Assembly (NCBI GenBank): GCA_965231085.1
Contig: OZ246413.1
Span: 411,234-475,233 of the forward strand
DNA length: 64,000 bases
DNA from: an uncultured Candidatus Saccharibacteria bacterium
GTDB lineage: Bacteria; Patescibacteriota; Saccharimonadia; Saccharimonadales; UBA10212
Reading direction: 5' to 3'
This document shows, piece by piece, positions 44,408-53,498 of this stretch. Below the pieces are notes generated by a model. That model made no database searches, was not told where the DNA came from, and saw nothing but the letters and a program-made list of their open reading frames with translations. The position numbers and the translations under genes were made by a program. The number at the start of each line of letters is the position of its first letter. The first letter of the stretch is position 1.

Positions 44408-45307
44408 TTATGACAAAGCTTCGCGTAATGTGTCAGCAATTTGTCCGTAATAAGATTGCAGATCTTTTGCTCGACGATGTTTTGTAGCATAAGCAAGTGC
44501 CCCGGCCGATAATTGTACGGCCGCATAATCTAAGGTGCTACGACTCCAAAATGCAACTTCCTGAAGAATCTCTCTGGTCTGGCCGACAGTTATACCATTT
44601 AACGCGGCGTTAAGGTCTGTCTTAACATCAATATCCTCACCACCAATATCCGATCTTGCCAAAGAAAAATGAACCGCCCGAGTATTAACAGCCAATTCAC
44701 CAAGCGACTTGCCTAGACTACTAACAACACCTGGTTTTTCGGCACCGTAACGACGTTGCGCATGAAATGTATCTAGGCACAGGCCATCATAACCACGCAT
44801 CCACGCCTCGCTCATCATTGCGCTAACAGACCCAGCCCTAAAAATTTTGGCTACGTGATCGGTTGGTTGAAAATATGCAGCCTTTGGGTTTGCCGCAGCG
44901 ATTATTGTCTTATCTGTATCTCGTGTTATTTGCGGATGAAAAATTGCGGGCAATTGCTCGCCAATTATTTTTTGAGTTTCTCGAATAAAATCAGCTGAGT
45001 CTTCCATGCTTGGGGTCATCGGCCTGACTAATGGGCTGTTTACTATTCTGTCGGCAATGGAAGCCTTGGCCGGATCATTATTGACACCCTGCATTCGCCA
45101 TCTACCTTCACTAAAACTCTGGTGCAATGCCTGAATATTTAATCGGCCTTTCAGCGCTGCTCCAGCAAAAGACTCAGCAGAAAACCAAATTGGATGGACT
45201 TCAACACCATCATAGCCCGCTTCCGCGGCAAATTCTCCAAGCCACTCCGGAGGGCGTAAGCCATACGCAGTATTTGCAAAATTAACATTAGAAAATAAAA
45301 TTTTCAT
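44408..45307 (-). CDS. Xylose-isomerase-like TIM-barrel (AP_endonuc_2 fold) protein, function unknown
   Basis: The N-terminal pattern FAAEAGYDGVEVHP is typical of sugar-phosphate isomerase/epimerase TIM barrels. Weak call. Confidence 0.45.
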   Translation of the reverse strand: MKILFSNVNFANTAYGLRPPEWLGEFAAEAGYDGVEVHPIWFSAESFAGAALKGRLNIQALHQSFSEGRWRMQGVNNDPAKASIADRIVNSPLVRPMTPSMEDSADFIRETQKIIGEQLPAIFHPQITRDTDKTIIAAANPKAAYFQPTDHVAKIFRAGSVSAMMSEAWMRGYDGLCLDTFHAQRRYGAEKPGVVSSLGKSLGELAVNTRAVHFSLARSDIGGEDIDVKTDLNAALNGITVGQTREILQEVAFWSRSTLDYAAVQLSAGALAYATKHRRAKDLQSYYGQIADTLREALS

Positions 45308-45321
45308 GATGTCTATTTATA

Positions 45322-47340
45322 CTACTTGGACAGCATATTGATCAATTCTTTTTCTGTGATTTGCTTAGTGCCAAATTTACTAGCTTTAGCTAACTTGGAC
45401 TCACCGACGTTGGCTCCAACTACCAAGTAATCTGTATCCTTACCAACCGAAGATTGGAAAGTGCCCCCAAGCTGCCTAATCTTTTCGCCTGCTTCTTCAC
45501 GGCCCATGGATTCTAGTGACCCAGTTATTACAAAGCTCTTGCCGCTAAGCTTACCGCCTGCTACAGAAGCCCTTTGTGGTACTACCTTATTTTCTTCGAA
45601 TCTTTTTAGTAGTTTTTTATTATCTTCGTCGGCAAACCAGGCTGCGATACTTTCTGCAACTACTTCGCCCACACCCTCAACCTCGTGCAGCTCATCGACT
45701 GTAGCTTTTGATAAAGCCTCAATGCTCTTAAACCTCTGCGCAAGATCGACTGCCGTTTGTGCGCCTACATGCCTTATGCCTAGGCCAAAGATAAACCTAT
45801 GTAAGCTAGGATTCTTTTTCTCGTTTATCGCATCATACAAATTTTGTGCACTAATGTCTGCAAATCTTTCGAGTTTTAGTAGCTCCTCTTTTTTAACAGA
45901 GTATATGTCGGCAATATCTTCAATTAACCCAGCGTCTATTAAAGCTTGGACATTCTTCTCTCCTAGCCCCTCTATATCCAAAGCTCCCTTACTAGCAAAA
46001 TGTTGAATATGGTTTGCTACTCTGGCTGGACATTTATTATTTGGGCAGCGCCAAATGGCCTCATCTTCTTTTTGTTTTACTAGCTGGCTGTTGCATTCCG
46101 GACATCTTTTTGGCATTACAAACTTTTTTTCGTTACCAGTCCTAAGCCTGATTATTGGCTCGACTACCTCTGGAATAATATCTCCCGCTTTTTGGACTAC
46201 AACTGTATCACCAATTCGGATGTCTTTTCTGGAAACCTCGCCATCATTATGCAGCGTAGCCATTTGCACGGTGGATCCCGCTATTACAATAGGTTCTAGA
46301 ACAGCAACCGGAGTAGCCGCACCAGTTCTACCAATGCTTATAAAAATATCTTTTAGCTTAGTTGTTGCCTGCTCTGCTGGATACTTTACTGCAATGGCAC
46401 CGCGCGGATTTTTGCCTACTATTCCAAGTGCTTCCTGTAGTTTCCTATCGTTAATCTTAACAACCAAACCATCTGTGTTATATGGCAAATCTTTTCGCTT
46501 TTCTCGCCACGAACTGGCAAACTTTAAAACCTCGTCTAATGTCGAGACCTTGCGGGCAATCGTGTTTTTTATAAAACCAATACTATCTAGCGCTTGATAG
46601 GCAAACACATTGGTCGGAATGTCGCTTTCATTATCACGCAAAATATCGTATGGCAAGAAATGCATTTTTCGTTCGGCAACCAAACGAGGATCGAGCTGTC
46701 TAATAGTTCCGGCGGCAAGGTTTCGTGGATTGGCAAAGACCGGCATTCCGGCAGCCAAGCGCTTTTTGTTTAGTGCCTCAAAGTCTTTCTTATACATTAC
46801 AATTTCGCCGCGCACTTCTGTTCGGCCTTTTAGCAAAAATTCGCAGCCCTTATGTTCAACAAGTTTTAATGGTATCGACCCTATGGTTCGTATATTTTCT
46901 GTAACGTCTTCGCCAATTGTTCCATCGCCTCGGGTTATACCCTGCTGCAATACACCATCTACATAAATAAGCGCGCAGGCTAACCCGTCCTTTTTTATAT
47001 CGGCAAAAAAATCAGCCTTTAAGACATGCTTGTCTAGCTTGGCTATCCGTGTAAGCCATGCTCTGACTTCGTCATCACTAAATACATCATTCAGGCTAAT
47101 CATCGGCTTGCTGTGCCGAGCATTACGGAATGCCTCAAGCGGCTTGCCACCAACTCTTTGGGTCGGACTGTCTCTAGTTATTAGTTCTGGATGCTCTGCC
47201 TCAATTTTTTTAAGTTCGGCCATAAGGCTATCGTAAACGGCGTCGTCGACCATTGGCTTGTCGAGCACATAGTAGGCATGCGCATGTCTATTTAGCTCAT
47301 CACGAAGCTTATTGGCTCGCTGCCGTATTACTTCGCTCAT
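45322..47340 (-). CDS. ligA: NAD-dependent DNA ligase
   Basis: Adenylation motif KxDG (DIKKDGLA), Zn finger CPECNSQL...CPNNKCPAR, HhH repeats, C-terminal BRCT (GKSFVITGSL). The three long antisense track ORFs are shadows. Confidence 0.97.
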   Translation of the reverse strand: MSEVIRQRANKLRDELNRHAHAYYVLDKPMVDDAVYDSLMAELKKIEAEHPELITRDSPTQRVGGKPLEAFRNARHSKPMISLNDVFSDDEVRAWLTRIAKLDKHVLKADFFADIKKDGLACALIYVDGVLQQGITRGDGTIGEDVTENIRTIGSIPLKLVEHKGCEFLLKGRTEVRGEIVMYKKDFEALNKKRLAAGMPVFANPRNLAAGTIRQLDPRLVAERKMHFLPYDILRDNESDIPTNVFAYQALDSIGFIKNTIARKVSTLDEVLKFASSWREKRKDLPYNTDGLVVKINDRKLQEALGIVGKNPRGAIAVKYPAEQATTKLKDIFISIGRTGAATPVAVLEPIVIAGSTVQMATLHNDGEVSRKDIRIGDTVVVQKAGDIIPEVVEPIIRLRTGNEKKFVMPKRCPECNSQLVKQKEDEAIWRCPNNKCPARVANHIQHFASKGALDIEGLGEKNVQALIDAGLIEDIADIYSVKKEELLKLERFADISAQNLYDAINEKKNPSLHRFIFGLGIRHVGAQTAVDLAQRFKSIEALSKATVDELHEVEGVGEVVAESIAAWFADEDNKKLLKRFEENKVVPQRASVAGGKLSGKSFVITGSLESMGREEAGEKIRQLGGTFQSSVGKDTDYLVVGANVGESKLAKASKFGTKQITEKELINMLSK

Positions 47341-48290
47341 TCTAATAAACTCCTATATAAGCTGTACAAATAAGTGTGCGTAAACAGCAAGCCAAGAACC
47401 CCCATAATGTAAAACACGGGCGTGACTAAGAATGTTGCATAAAGTATAAGAGGCAGAATCACCAGATACATAGCCCCGACTACCAAAATTGGTAAAACAA
47501 GAATTTTTCGTAAAATTAACCAGCGTCTGAACCTTACTAGGTTCCTGGCCGAGCGTAGAGATTTAATTGGTTCCCAGTTCGGCAGTGTAACAATATACAT
47601 CGCCAGTATTGTTGCCGAGAGCATGTACAAAGACCAAGCTAGCAGGCTGCCCAAAATAATTGCAAAGAACACAGTCCAAAACACACTAACCGAGCCTAAG
47701 CTGGCAACTACGGAACTAACAACGGCCGAGCCCAAAGTAATTGGCAATAGTTGGATAACCATAACTCCAATTATTAAAAGAAATGGTATCAAAGGGGCCA
47801 TAGAGCTATAAAAAGATTGCTTTAAGTTAATCTTATTGCCGGCCATTAGTTGCCTTAGTGACCAGATAATTGCGAGGCTAATAACGATAAGTAGAGCTGC
47901 CTGAAAAACCGAGCCCGCCCCAGAACCAGTAACCCCCGAGCTAGCTGTTAGCTGTAAAAAGCCAAAGACTCCGTTAGCCACCGGATGGGTGATAGGCGCC
48001 GAATTATTTAACTCTGCTTTAATACTGTCTATATCACTGTTAATGTTGCCTATGCCGCTAGCAAGAAATGCGTTGAGCAGTAGGTAGATAATCACAATGC
48101 CAATAAGCGGTTGCCTAAACTTAAACATTGTTAAAACGGATTGTTTAGTTAAAGAATAGGCGCTAGGCAGCTTGGGTCGATTTTTAGTTTCATTTTTTGC
48201 TTTTAGCTTTGCCTGTTTGCGATTAAGCGGCTTTAATCTTGGCCCGTTATATCTGCTATATAAAGTCTTCTTGGACCGCTTTTTAACCAT
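47337..48290 (-). CDS. Polytopic membrane protein of unknown function
   Basis: Basic N-terminus (KKRSKK...KLKAKNETKNRPK) followed by about 6 TM helices. 4-nt overlap with ligA. Confidence 0.5.
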   Translation of the reverse strand: MVKKRSKKTLYSRYNGPRLKPLNRKQAKLKAKNETKNRPKLPSAYSLTKQSVLTMFKFRQPLIGIVIIYLLLNAFLASGIGNINSDIDSIKAELNNSAPITHPVANGVFGFLQLTASSGVTGSGAGSVFQAALLIVISLAIIWSLRQLMAGNKINLKQSFYSSMAPLIPFLLIIGVMVIQLLPITLGSAVVSSVVASLGSVSVFWTVFFAIILGSLLAWSLYMLSATILAMYIVTLPNWEPIKSLRSARNLVRFRRWLILRKILVLPILVVGAMYLVILPLILYATFLVTPVFYIMGVLGLLFTHTYLYSLYRSLLE

Positions 48291-48308
48291 ACCTACATTA
48301 TATCTTTA

Positions 48309-49178
48309 TTAGAGCTTCATTTCACGGAGAACAGCAATTCTTTGCTCTATCGGCGGGTGAGTACTAAATAGATTTAATACGGAGTGTCCCCGCAGCGGAT
48401 TGGCAAAGAACATGTGAGCCGTTGAAGTGTTTTGGGTACGGGTAGTACTGCCTGTTTTTTCAATCTTTTCCAGGGCGCTAGCTAAGCCCTCTGGGTAGCG
48501 CGTTGTTAGCGCTCCTGTTGCGTCGGCTAGATACTCGCGCCTGCGGCTAATAGCTAGTTGCAACAAAGTTGCAGCGATTGGAGCCAGAATAACTGCAACT
48601 ACTGCCAGAACCTGAATTAGTTGATTATTGTTTTCCCTGTCATCGCCACCCCAAAAAGTTATATGCCAGAAAAAATCAGCAATCATCGAGATTATCCCGA
48701 CTAAGGCAAAAGCTAGGGTATTAACTCTGATATCATAATTTTTTACATGTCCAAGTTCGTGAGCAATAACACCCTCAAGTTCTGTGTCACTCATGATTTC
48801 TAGCAAACCGCTGGTAGCACAAACAACTGAGTGATTCGGATCACGGCCAGTGGCAAAGGCGTTAGGAGCTGGATCATCCATAATATAGACTTTTGGCATG
48901 GGCAAACCCTCAGTTATAGATAAGTTCTCGACTGTTCGCCAAAGCCTTGGATTATCCTTTTTGGTAATTTCTTTAGCGCGGTTTACAGCCAAGGCCATTT
49001 TTGCCCCAGCAAAATAACTAAAGATAGCGTAGCTTAGTGAGAATATACCTATAACAAACAGTAGGCCTGGACGGCCAGTGGCTTGGCCAATTACATAGGC
49101 CATAGCCCAGAGCAAAACCAAGAATGACAGCAACAACACGACTGTCCGACGCTTGTTACTAGAAATTTGTTCGTACAC
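48309..49178 (-). CDS. htpX: Zinc metalloprotease HtpX (M48)
   Basis: HELGHVKNYD (HExxH), two N-terminal and two central TM helices, C-terminal STHPPIEQRI. Confidence 0.9.
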   Translation of the reverse strand: MYEQISSNKRRTVVLLLSFLVLLWAMAYVIGQATGRPGLLFVIGIFSLSYAIFSYFAGAKMALAVNRAKEITKKDNPRLWRTVENLSITEGLPMPKVYIMDDPAPNAFATGRDPNHSVVCATSGLLEIMSDTELEGVIAHELGHVKNYDIRVNTLAFALVGIISMIADFFWHITFWGGDDRENNNQLIQVLAVVAVILAPIAATLLQLAISRRREYLADATGALTTRYPEGLASALEKIEKTGSTTRTQNTSTAHMFFANPLRGHSVLNLFSTHPPIEQRIAVLREMKL

Positions 49179-49193
49179 TGCCAGCGCTTCCTA

Positions 49194-49757
49194 CTAAAAC
49201 TCAACTTTTACTGGCTCGGCAACCTTAGCGGCCTCGGACTCATCAACCTCAAAAAAGGTTCTGCTCGTAAAGCCCAACTGGCGAGCAAAAAGATTGGTTG
49301 GAAAAGTCTGGATTTTGATATTTAGGTCTCGGGCTGAGCCATTGTAAAAGCGTCTAGCAGCTTGGATTTTATCTTCTGTATCGGTAACTTCTTCTTGCAA
49401 CTGCTGGAAACCCTGGTTAGCTTTTAGATCTGGATAGTTCTCAGCGACCGCAAACAAGCTCTTTAGTGCAGCTTGGAACTGGTTGTCGGCCTTGGCTACA
49501 TCTTCGACCGACTGTGCACCCATGCCGGCTGTTCGAGCTTTGGTTACATCTTCAAAAACGGTTTTTTCGTGCTTAGCGTAACCCTTAACAGTATTAACTA
49601 GGTTTGGTATAAGATCGTAACGTCTTTTTAACTGAACGGTTATGTCGCTCCAGGCCTCGTCGGTCCTGACTTTTGATCTGACCAGACTGTTGTACATCAG
49701 CCCAACGTACAGAAAGGCCACTCCCAGAACGGCAAGTACAATAATTAAAATTGTCAT
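49194..49757 (-). CDS. lemA: LemA family protein
   Basis: N-terminal TM helix, then NSLV...DEAWSDITVQLKRRYDLIPNLV...ENYPDLKAN...RRFYN, which are LemA motifs. Confidence 0.9.
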   Translation of the reverse strand: MTILIIVLAVLGVAFLYVGLMYNSLVRSKVRTDEAWSDITVQLKRRYDLIPNLVNTVKGYAKHEKTVFEDVTKARTAGMGAQSVEDVAKADNQFQAALKSLFAVAENYPDLKANQGFQQLQEEVTDTEDKIQAARRFYNGSARDLNIKIQTFPTNLFARQLGFTSRTFFEVDESEAAKVAEPVKVEF

Positions 49758-49834
49758 CGGTTCCTCTCCTTAAGATTTTGTACTTATATTATACACCTTA
49801 TCTGTTGCTAACTAATTAAATAATAAGCAAAAGC

Positions 49835-51049
49835 ATGTATCATGAAGCTATGGCTTTAACAGTTACCAGAAGAACTATTTTTAAGATTTTTTGCGTAGTA
49901 CTTGCAGCTATTATTGCCGGCGGCCTTTTTCAGTATTTTCGACCCTTGCCGCCGATAAATGCAGAACCTTTGTCAGTAACCATTACTCCATCTTCTCAAG
50001 CAACTCTGCCCTGGCCGGGCTACGGCCAAGCTGCTCTTGGCAGTAGCAGCTATGGCATTTTAGCAGTGAGTGGCGACCAAAGCCCAGCGCCAATAGCCAG
50101 TATCGCTAAGATTTTTACAGCCATGGCCGTGCTAAAACAAAAACCTTTGACGGTCGGCGAACAAGGTCCAAACCTAACCATAGACAACACCGATCTCGGT
50201 TACTACAACTATTATTCGACCAACGACGGATCGGTCGCAAAAGTTACGACTGGCGAACATTTAAGTGAATTCCAAGCCTTGGAAGCCATGTTGCTACCTT
50301 CTGCTAATAATATTGCCGACAGCCTGGCCCGTTGGGCCTTTGGCTCAACCGATGCCTATCTAACATATGCTAACCAAATGGTTAGAGAGCTAGGCCTAAC
50401 TCAAACAACTATAAGTAGCGCCAGTGGCTTCACGGCCGGTACCACAAGCACCGCTGCCGACCTTGTTAAAGCTGGGCTGGCTGCGCTAGATAATCCGGTA
50501 ATTGCTCAGATTGTCAGTTTAGAAAAGGCCGATATAACAGAGGCTGGAACCGTACACAATGTAAACTGGCTGCTCAACCAAGACGGAGTTAACGGTATAA
50601 AAACTGGCAACACCACAGAGGCTGGTGGTTGTTTTTTGTTTTCAACAGTCCGCCAGATTAGTGGCCAAAACATGACACTCGTTGGCTCGGTTATGGGCGC
50701 TCCAAATCTAAATAAAGCTATCGCGGACTCCGATTCGGTTATCAAAGTTGTCGATTCTGGCTTTGAAAAATCGGTACTGATTAAAAAGGGTCAGGTCCTT
50801 GGTGCATATAAGACTGCTTGGGGTTCAGTTAGCGATGCGATATCTAAAGATGAAGTTTCTGCTTTAGTTTGGAAGGGTCAACAACCGGTTGTAAGTATAA
50901 AACTTAATAATATTACTGCCGCCACACCCAGAGGAGCTAGTGTAGGCCAGGTATCTGTTACCTATAACTCAAAGGTTTCTGAATCGAATATTGTTTTGGT
51001 CCGCGAGATTAAAAAACCAAGCATAACCTGGAGGCTGTTTCGTCATTAA
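49835..51049 (+). CDS. D-alanyl-D-alanine carboxypeptidase (serine peptidase S11, PBP5-like)
   Basis: SxxK (ASIAKIF), SxN (PSANN), KTG (IKTGNT), and an N-terminal membrane anchor. Confidence 0.85.
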   Translation: MYHEAMALTVTRRTIFKIFCVVLAAIIAGGLFQYFRPLPPINAEPLSVTITPSSQATLPWPGYGQAALGSSSYGILAVSGDQSPAPIASIAKIFTAMAVLKQKPLTVGEQGPNLTIDNTDLGYYNYYSTNDGSVAKVTTGEHLSEFQALEAMLLPSANNIADSLARWAFGSTDAYLTYANQMVRELGLTQTTISSASGFTAGTTSTAADLVKAGLAALDNPVIAQIVSLEKADITEAGTVHNVNWLLNQDGVNGIKTGNTTEAGGCFLFSTVRQISGQNMTLVGSVMGAPNLNKAIADSDSVIKVVDSGFEKSVLIKKGQVLGAYKTAWGSVSDAISKDEVSALVWKGQQPVVSIKLNNITAATPRGASVGQVSVTYNSKVSESNIVLVREIKKPSITWRLFRH

Positions 51050-51055
51050 ACTTTT

Positions 51056-51143
51056 TGGTGGGCGAGGAGGGACTCGAACCCTCAAGGCTTATTCAGCCAA
51101 CAGATTTTAAGTCTGTCGCGTATACCGGTTCCGCCACTCGCCC
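51056..51143 (-). tRNA. tRNA-Leu (anticodon TAA)
   Basis: The minus strand reads GGGCGAG...ACAGA-CTTAAAA-TCTGT, a long variable arm, GAGGG-TTCGAGT-CCCTC-CTCGCCC-A-CCA. Confidence 0.9.
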
Positions 51144-51154
51144 AAGTAATGCAT

Positions 51155-51228
51155 TGGAGGCGCCTACCGGAATTGAACCGGTGTAAAAGGATTTGCAGTC
51201 CTCTGCGTAACCACTCCGCCAAGGCGCC
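51155..51228 (-). tRNA. tRNA-Cys (anticodon GCA)
   Basis: The minus strand reads GGCGCCT...GAGGA-CTGCAAA-TCCTT...ACCGG-TTCAATT-CCGGT-AGGCGCC-T-CCA. The U73 discriminator is typical of tRNA-Cys. Confidence 0.9.
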
Positions 51229-51242
51229 ATGAACTGATATAG

Positions 51243-51272
51243 ATTATACTAGAATCAGGTAGTATTTGTTCA
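51243..51272 (-). promoter_or_regulatory. Promoter candidate for the minus-strand tRNA-Cys/tRNA-Leu pair
   Basis: On the minus strand: TGAACA (51272-51267), 18-nt spacer, TATAAT (51248-51243), 14 nt upstream of the tRNA-Cys 5' end. Confidence 0.45.
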
Positions 51273-51297
51273 CTCTTAGAAGGAATGTTTTGCTTTA

Positions 51298-51326
51298 TTG
51301 AGCATTACTTCTTATTTTGTTATAAT
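51298..51326 (+). promoter_or_regulatory. Sigma70-type promoter of the plus-strand four-tRNA cluster
   Basis: TTGAGC (51298-51303), 17-nt spacer, TATAAT (51321-51326), 12 nt upstream of the tRNA-Gly 5' end. Confidence 0.6.
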
Positions 51327-51338
51327 TTACCCTGTTAT

Positions 51339-51415
51339 GCGGGTGTAGCTCAGTTGTTTAGAGCGCGTCCTTGCCAAGGACGAGGCCAAGGGTTAGAGTC
51401 CCTTTACCCGCACCA
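51339..51415 (+). tRNA. tRNA-Gly (anticodon GCC), with unusual D-loop/T-loop
   Basis: GCGGGTG-TA-GCTC-AGTTGTTTA-GAGC-G-CGTCC-TTGCCAA-GGACG-AGGCC-AAGGG-TTAGAGT-CCCTT-TACCCGC-A-CCA. The T-loop reads TTA rather than TTC, and the D-loop has GT where GG is expected. Confidence 0.8.
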
Positions 51416-51420
51416 AGTTT

Positions 51421-51496
51421 GGCTCTTTAGCTCAGTTGGTAGAGCAGAGGCCTGAAGAGCCTTGTGTCCCCAGTTCGAGTCTGGGAGGAGCCACCA
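51421..51496 (+). tRNA. tRNA-Phe (anticodon GAA)
   Basis: GGCTCTT...GAGGC-CTGAAGA-GCCTT...CCCAG-TTCGAGT-CTGGG-AGGAGCC-A-CCA. Confidence 0.9.
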
Positions 51497-51510
51497 GTAA
51501 ATTATCTTGC

Positions 51511-51595
51511 GGGCAAGTGGTGAAATTGGTATACACGCAGCCTTGAGGTGGCTGTGCCGCAAGGTGTGGAGGTTCAAGTCCTCTCTTGCCCACCA
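51511..51595 (+). tRNA. tRNA-Leu (anticodon GAG)
   Basis: GGGCAAG...CAGCC-TTGAGGT-GGCTG, a long variable arm, GGAGG-TTCAAGT-CCTCT-CTTGCCC-A-CCA. Confidence 0.9.
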
Positions 51596-51603
51596 TGAAG
51601 TTC

Positions 51604-51680
51604 GGGCGCTTAGCTCAGTTGGCTAGAGCATCTCGTTTACACCGAGAGGGTCGGGGGTTCGAGTCCCTCAGCGCCCACCA
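51604..51680 (+). tRNA. tRNA-Val (anticodon TAC)
   Basis: GGGCGCT-TA-GCTC-AGTTGGCTA-GAGC...TCTCG-TTTACAC-CGAGA...TTCGAGT...AGCGCCC-A-CCA. Confidence 0.9.
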
Positions 51681-51712
51681 AAAAAAGACTATCAAAGCAG
51701 GTAGTCTTTTTT
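51681..51712. terminator. Bidirectional A/T-flanked hairpin between the tRNA cluster and the convergent FAD-oxidase gene
   Basis: AAAAAAGACTA-tcaaagcagg-TAGTCTTTTTT. The stem extends through the A and T runs. Confidence 0.5.
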
Positions 51713-51713
51713 G

Positions 51714-53354
51714 TTAACCTCTAGGCCTGTAACCATGCTGATGAGCAAGGCTGTATCCAGAACGCATCAGTGTTTTTACTTCTTCAATACTTGAAGTTTT
51801 AACACCTGGATTTAATATGTTGTATGGATCAAAAATTGCCTTAACACTAGAGGTCAACGTAAACAATTCTTCGCCATAAAGCTGTCGAACGTACGGAGCC
51901 CTGATTCTACCCTCACCGGCCGAGGCTGTTACACTCCCACCCATTGAGGTTGCAAGATTATATAAACTTTCAGAAAGTTTAAAGAATTTTTGGCGGTCGC
52001 TAATCTCGGACAAATCAAGGCTTGGATAAACTTTAATAATACCGCTCCCTGCGTGGCCCCAAAACGAAAACGGTAAACGCGTACTACTAAAAATTGACTG
52101 GGCGCTAACTAGAAAATCTGCCAGTTTGCTTGGTGCAACACATAAATCTTCGGCTACAGGAGTTGCAGTTTTTTTACCCTGAGGTGGAATAAAAAGGGTT
52201 GCTAGGCTTTCGCTAATTCTATCGATTTTTTGCTTATCCTCGATCTTGTCGCTACCAATGTAGTCGGCCTCTACACTATCGCAAATTTTGCTCAAGCTTT
52301 TCATGCCGTGTTTTCTTGAAGATTCCTTAGGATCATCAAACTCGACTACCAAATGAACTTCCGCGCTTTGGGTTGGCAAAACACCGTTCAATATTTTTGG
52401 ATTCAATTCACCGACTTCAGCCAAAGCCGCTTTGCTTACAATCTCGCACAAGCTGGGTTTTAGACCGATGATTTGAGGCAGGGCTGTCTTTAGGTCTTCA
52501 AGTTTTTGCAAGCTAACCAAGGCTAGTGCGGTATTCTCGTTCAGTTCACGCAGAGTCATGGTTGCTTCGCTAATTATTCCCAGAGTGCCTTGCGAGCCAA
52601 CGAATAGAGGAGTCAAGTCAAAACCAGACTTATTTTTTACCTTACTTAGCTGATAGCCAACACCGTTGTACGGAGCCTCCGAGGCATATGCAAATTTTTC
52701 AATTATCTGGTAGTTGTCTTCTATTAATGCATCAAGCGCTCTATATATCTGGCCCTCAAAAGACGAGAGACCCATTTTAAAACTTAACTCCTTCTTATTC
52801 AGCGGCCCGGTTTCTATAACCTCGCCATTGGCCAACACTACTCTTAAAGAATCAACGTATCTGCCTAGTTCGCCGTATTTTACTGACCTTTCGCTAACGG
52901 AATTGTTGGCTAATAAGCCACCAATGGTTGCGCCTGCGGCGCCCCTTGGCATCGGTAAAAATAAGCCATGCGTAGACAGAGTTTGCTCAAGTTTATCGGC
53001 AGATATTCCAGACTCAAGAGTTATGTTACGTTTCTTGGCATCCAGCGACAGTATTCGGTTCATATGGGCTGGTAGATAAATTATTGCGCCAGCACCAATG
53101 GCTGCACCGGAAGTGTCGCCACCGCCACCTCTGGCGGTAACTGGTAGTTTCTTACCCCTTTCTGCTAATTGCCACGAGAACCTCATGGTTTTTCTAATGT
53201 CCTGCTCGTCTTTAGGATAAACAACAAAGGCGGGGGTTATTTCTAGAATACTAGAGTCGGTTGAGAGCAATTTCCTAACCTCAGGATTCACCGAAACCTC
53301 ACCCAACAAGTGCTCCTGCAAATAGTGTGCTATTTTACTCATCTTCCGATACAT
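51714..53354 (-). CDS. FAD-linked oxidase (GlcD / D-lactate dehydrogenase family)
   Basis: FAD_binding_4-type N-terminal half (PVTARGGGGDTSGAAIG; GATIGGLLANNS) and a FAD-oxidase C-terminal domain (GGSVTASAGEGRIRAPY...IFDPYNILNPG). An alternative start is at 53342. Confidence 0.8.
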   Translation of the reverse strand: MYRKMSKIAHYLQEHLLGEVSVNPEVRKLLSTDSSILEITPAFVVYPKDEQDIRKTMRFSWQLAERGKKLPVTARGGGGDTSGAAIGAGAIIYLPAHMNRILSLDAKKRNITLESGISADKLEQTLSTHGLFLPMPRGAAGATIGGLLANNSVSERSVKYGELGRYVDSLRVVLANGEVIETGPLNKKELSFKMGLSSFEGQIYRALDALIEDNYQIIEKFAYASEAPYNGVGYQLSKVKNKSGFDLTPLFVGSQGTLGIISEATMTLRELNENTALALVSLQKLEDLKTALPQIIGLKPSLCEIVSKAALAEVGELNPKILNGVLPTQSAEVHLVVEFDDPKESSRKHGMKSLSKICDSVEADYIGSDKIEDKQKIDRISESLATLFIPPQGKKTATPVAEDLCVAPSKLADFLVSAQSIFSSTRLPFSFWGHAGSGIIKVYPSLDLSEISDRQKFFKLSESLYNLATSMGGSVTASAGEGRIRAPYVRQLYGEELFTLTSSVKAIFDPYNILNPGVKTSSIEEVKTLMRSGYSLAHQHGYRPRG

Positions 53355-53411
53355 AATAGCATGATTGGGCTGTCATTAATCTGGGGTTTGGCATAAAATA
53401 ACAGATGTAAC

Positions 53412-53498
53412 GGGCGAATGGCGGAACTGGTAGACGCGCTAGCTTCAGGAGTTAGTGACCGCAAGGTCGTGGAGGTTCAAGTCCTCTTTCGCCCACCA
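53412..53498 (+). tRNA. tRNA-Leu (anticodon CAG)
   Basis: GGGCGAA...CTAGC-TTCAGGA-GTTAG, a long variable arm, GGAGG-TTCAAGT-CCTCT-TTCGCCC-A-CCA. Confidence 0.9.
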
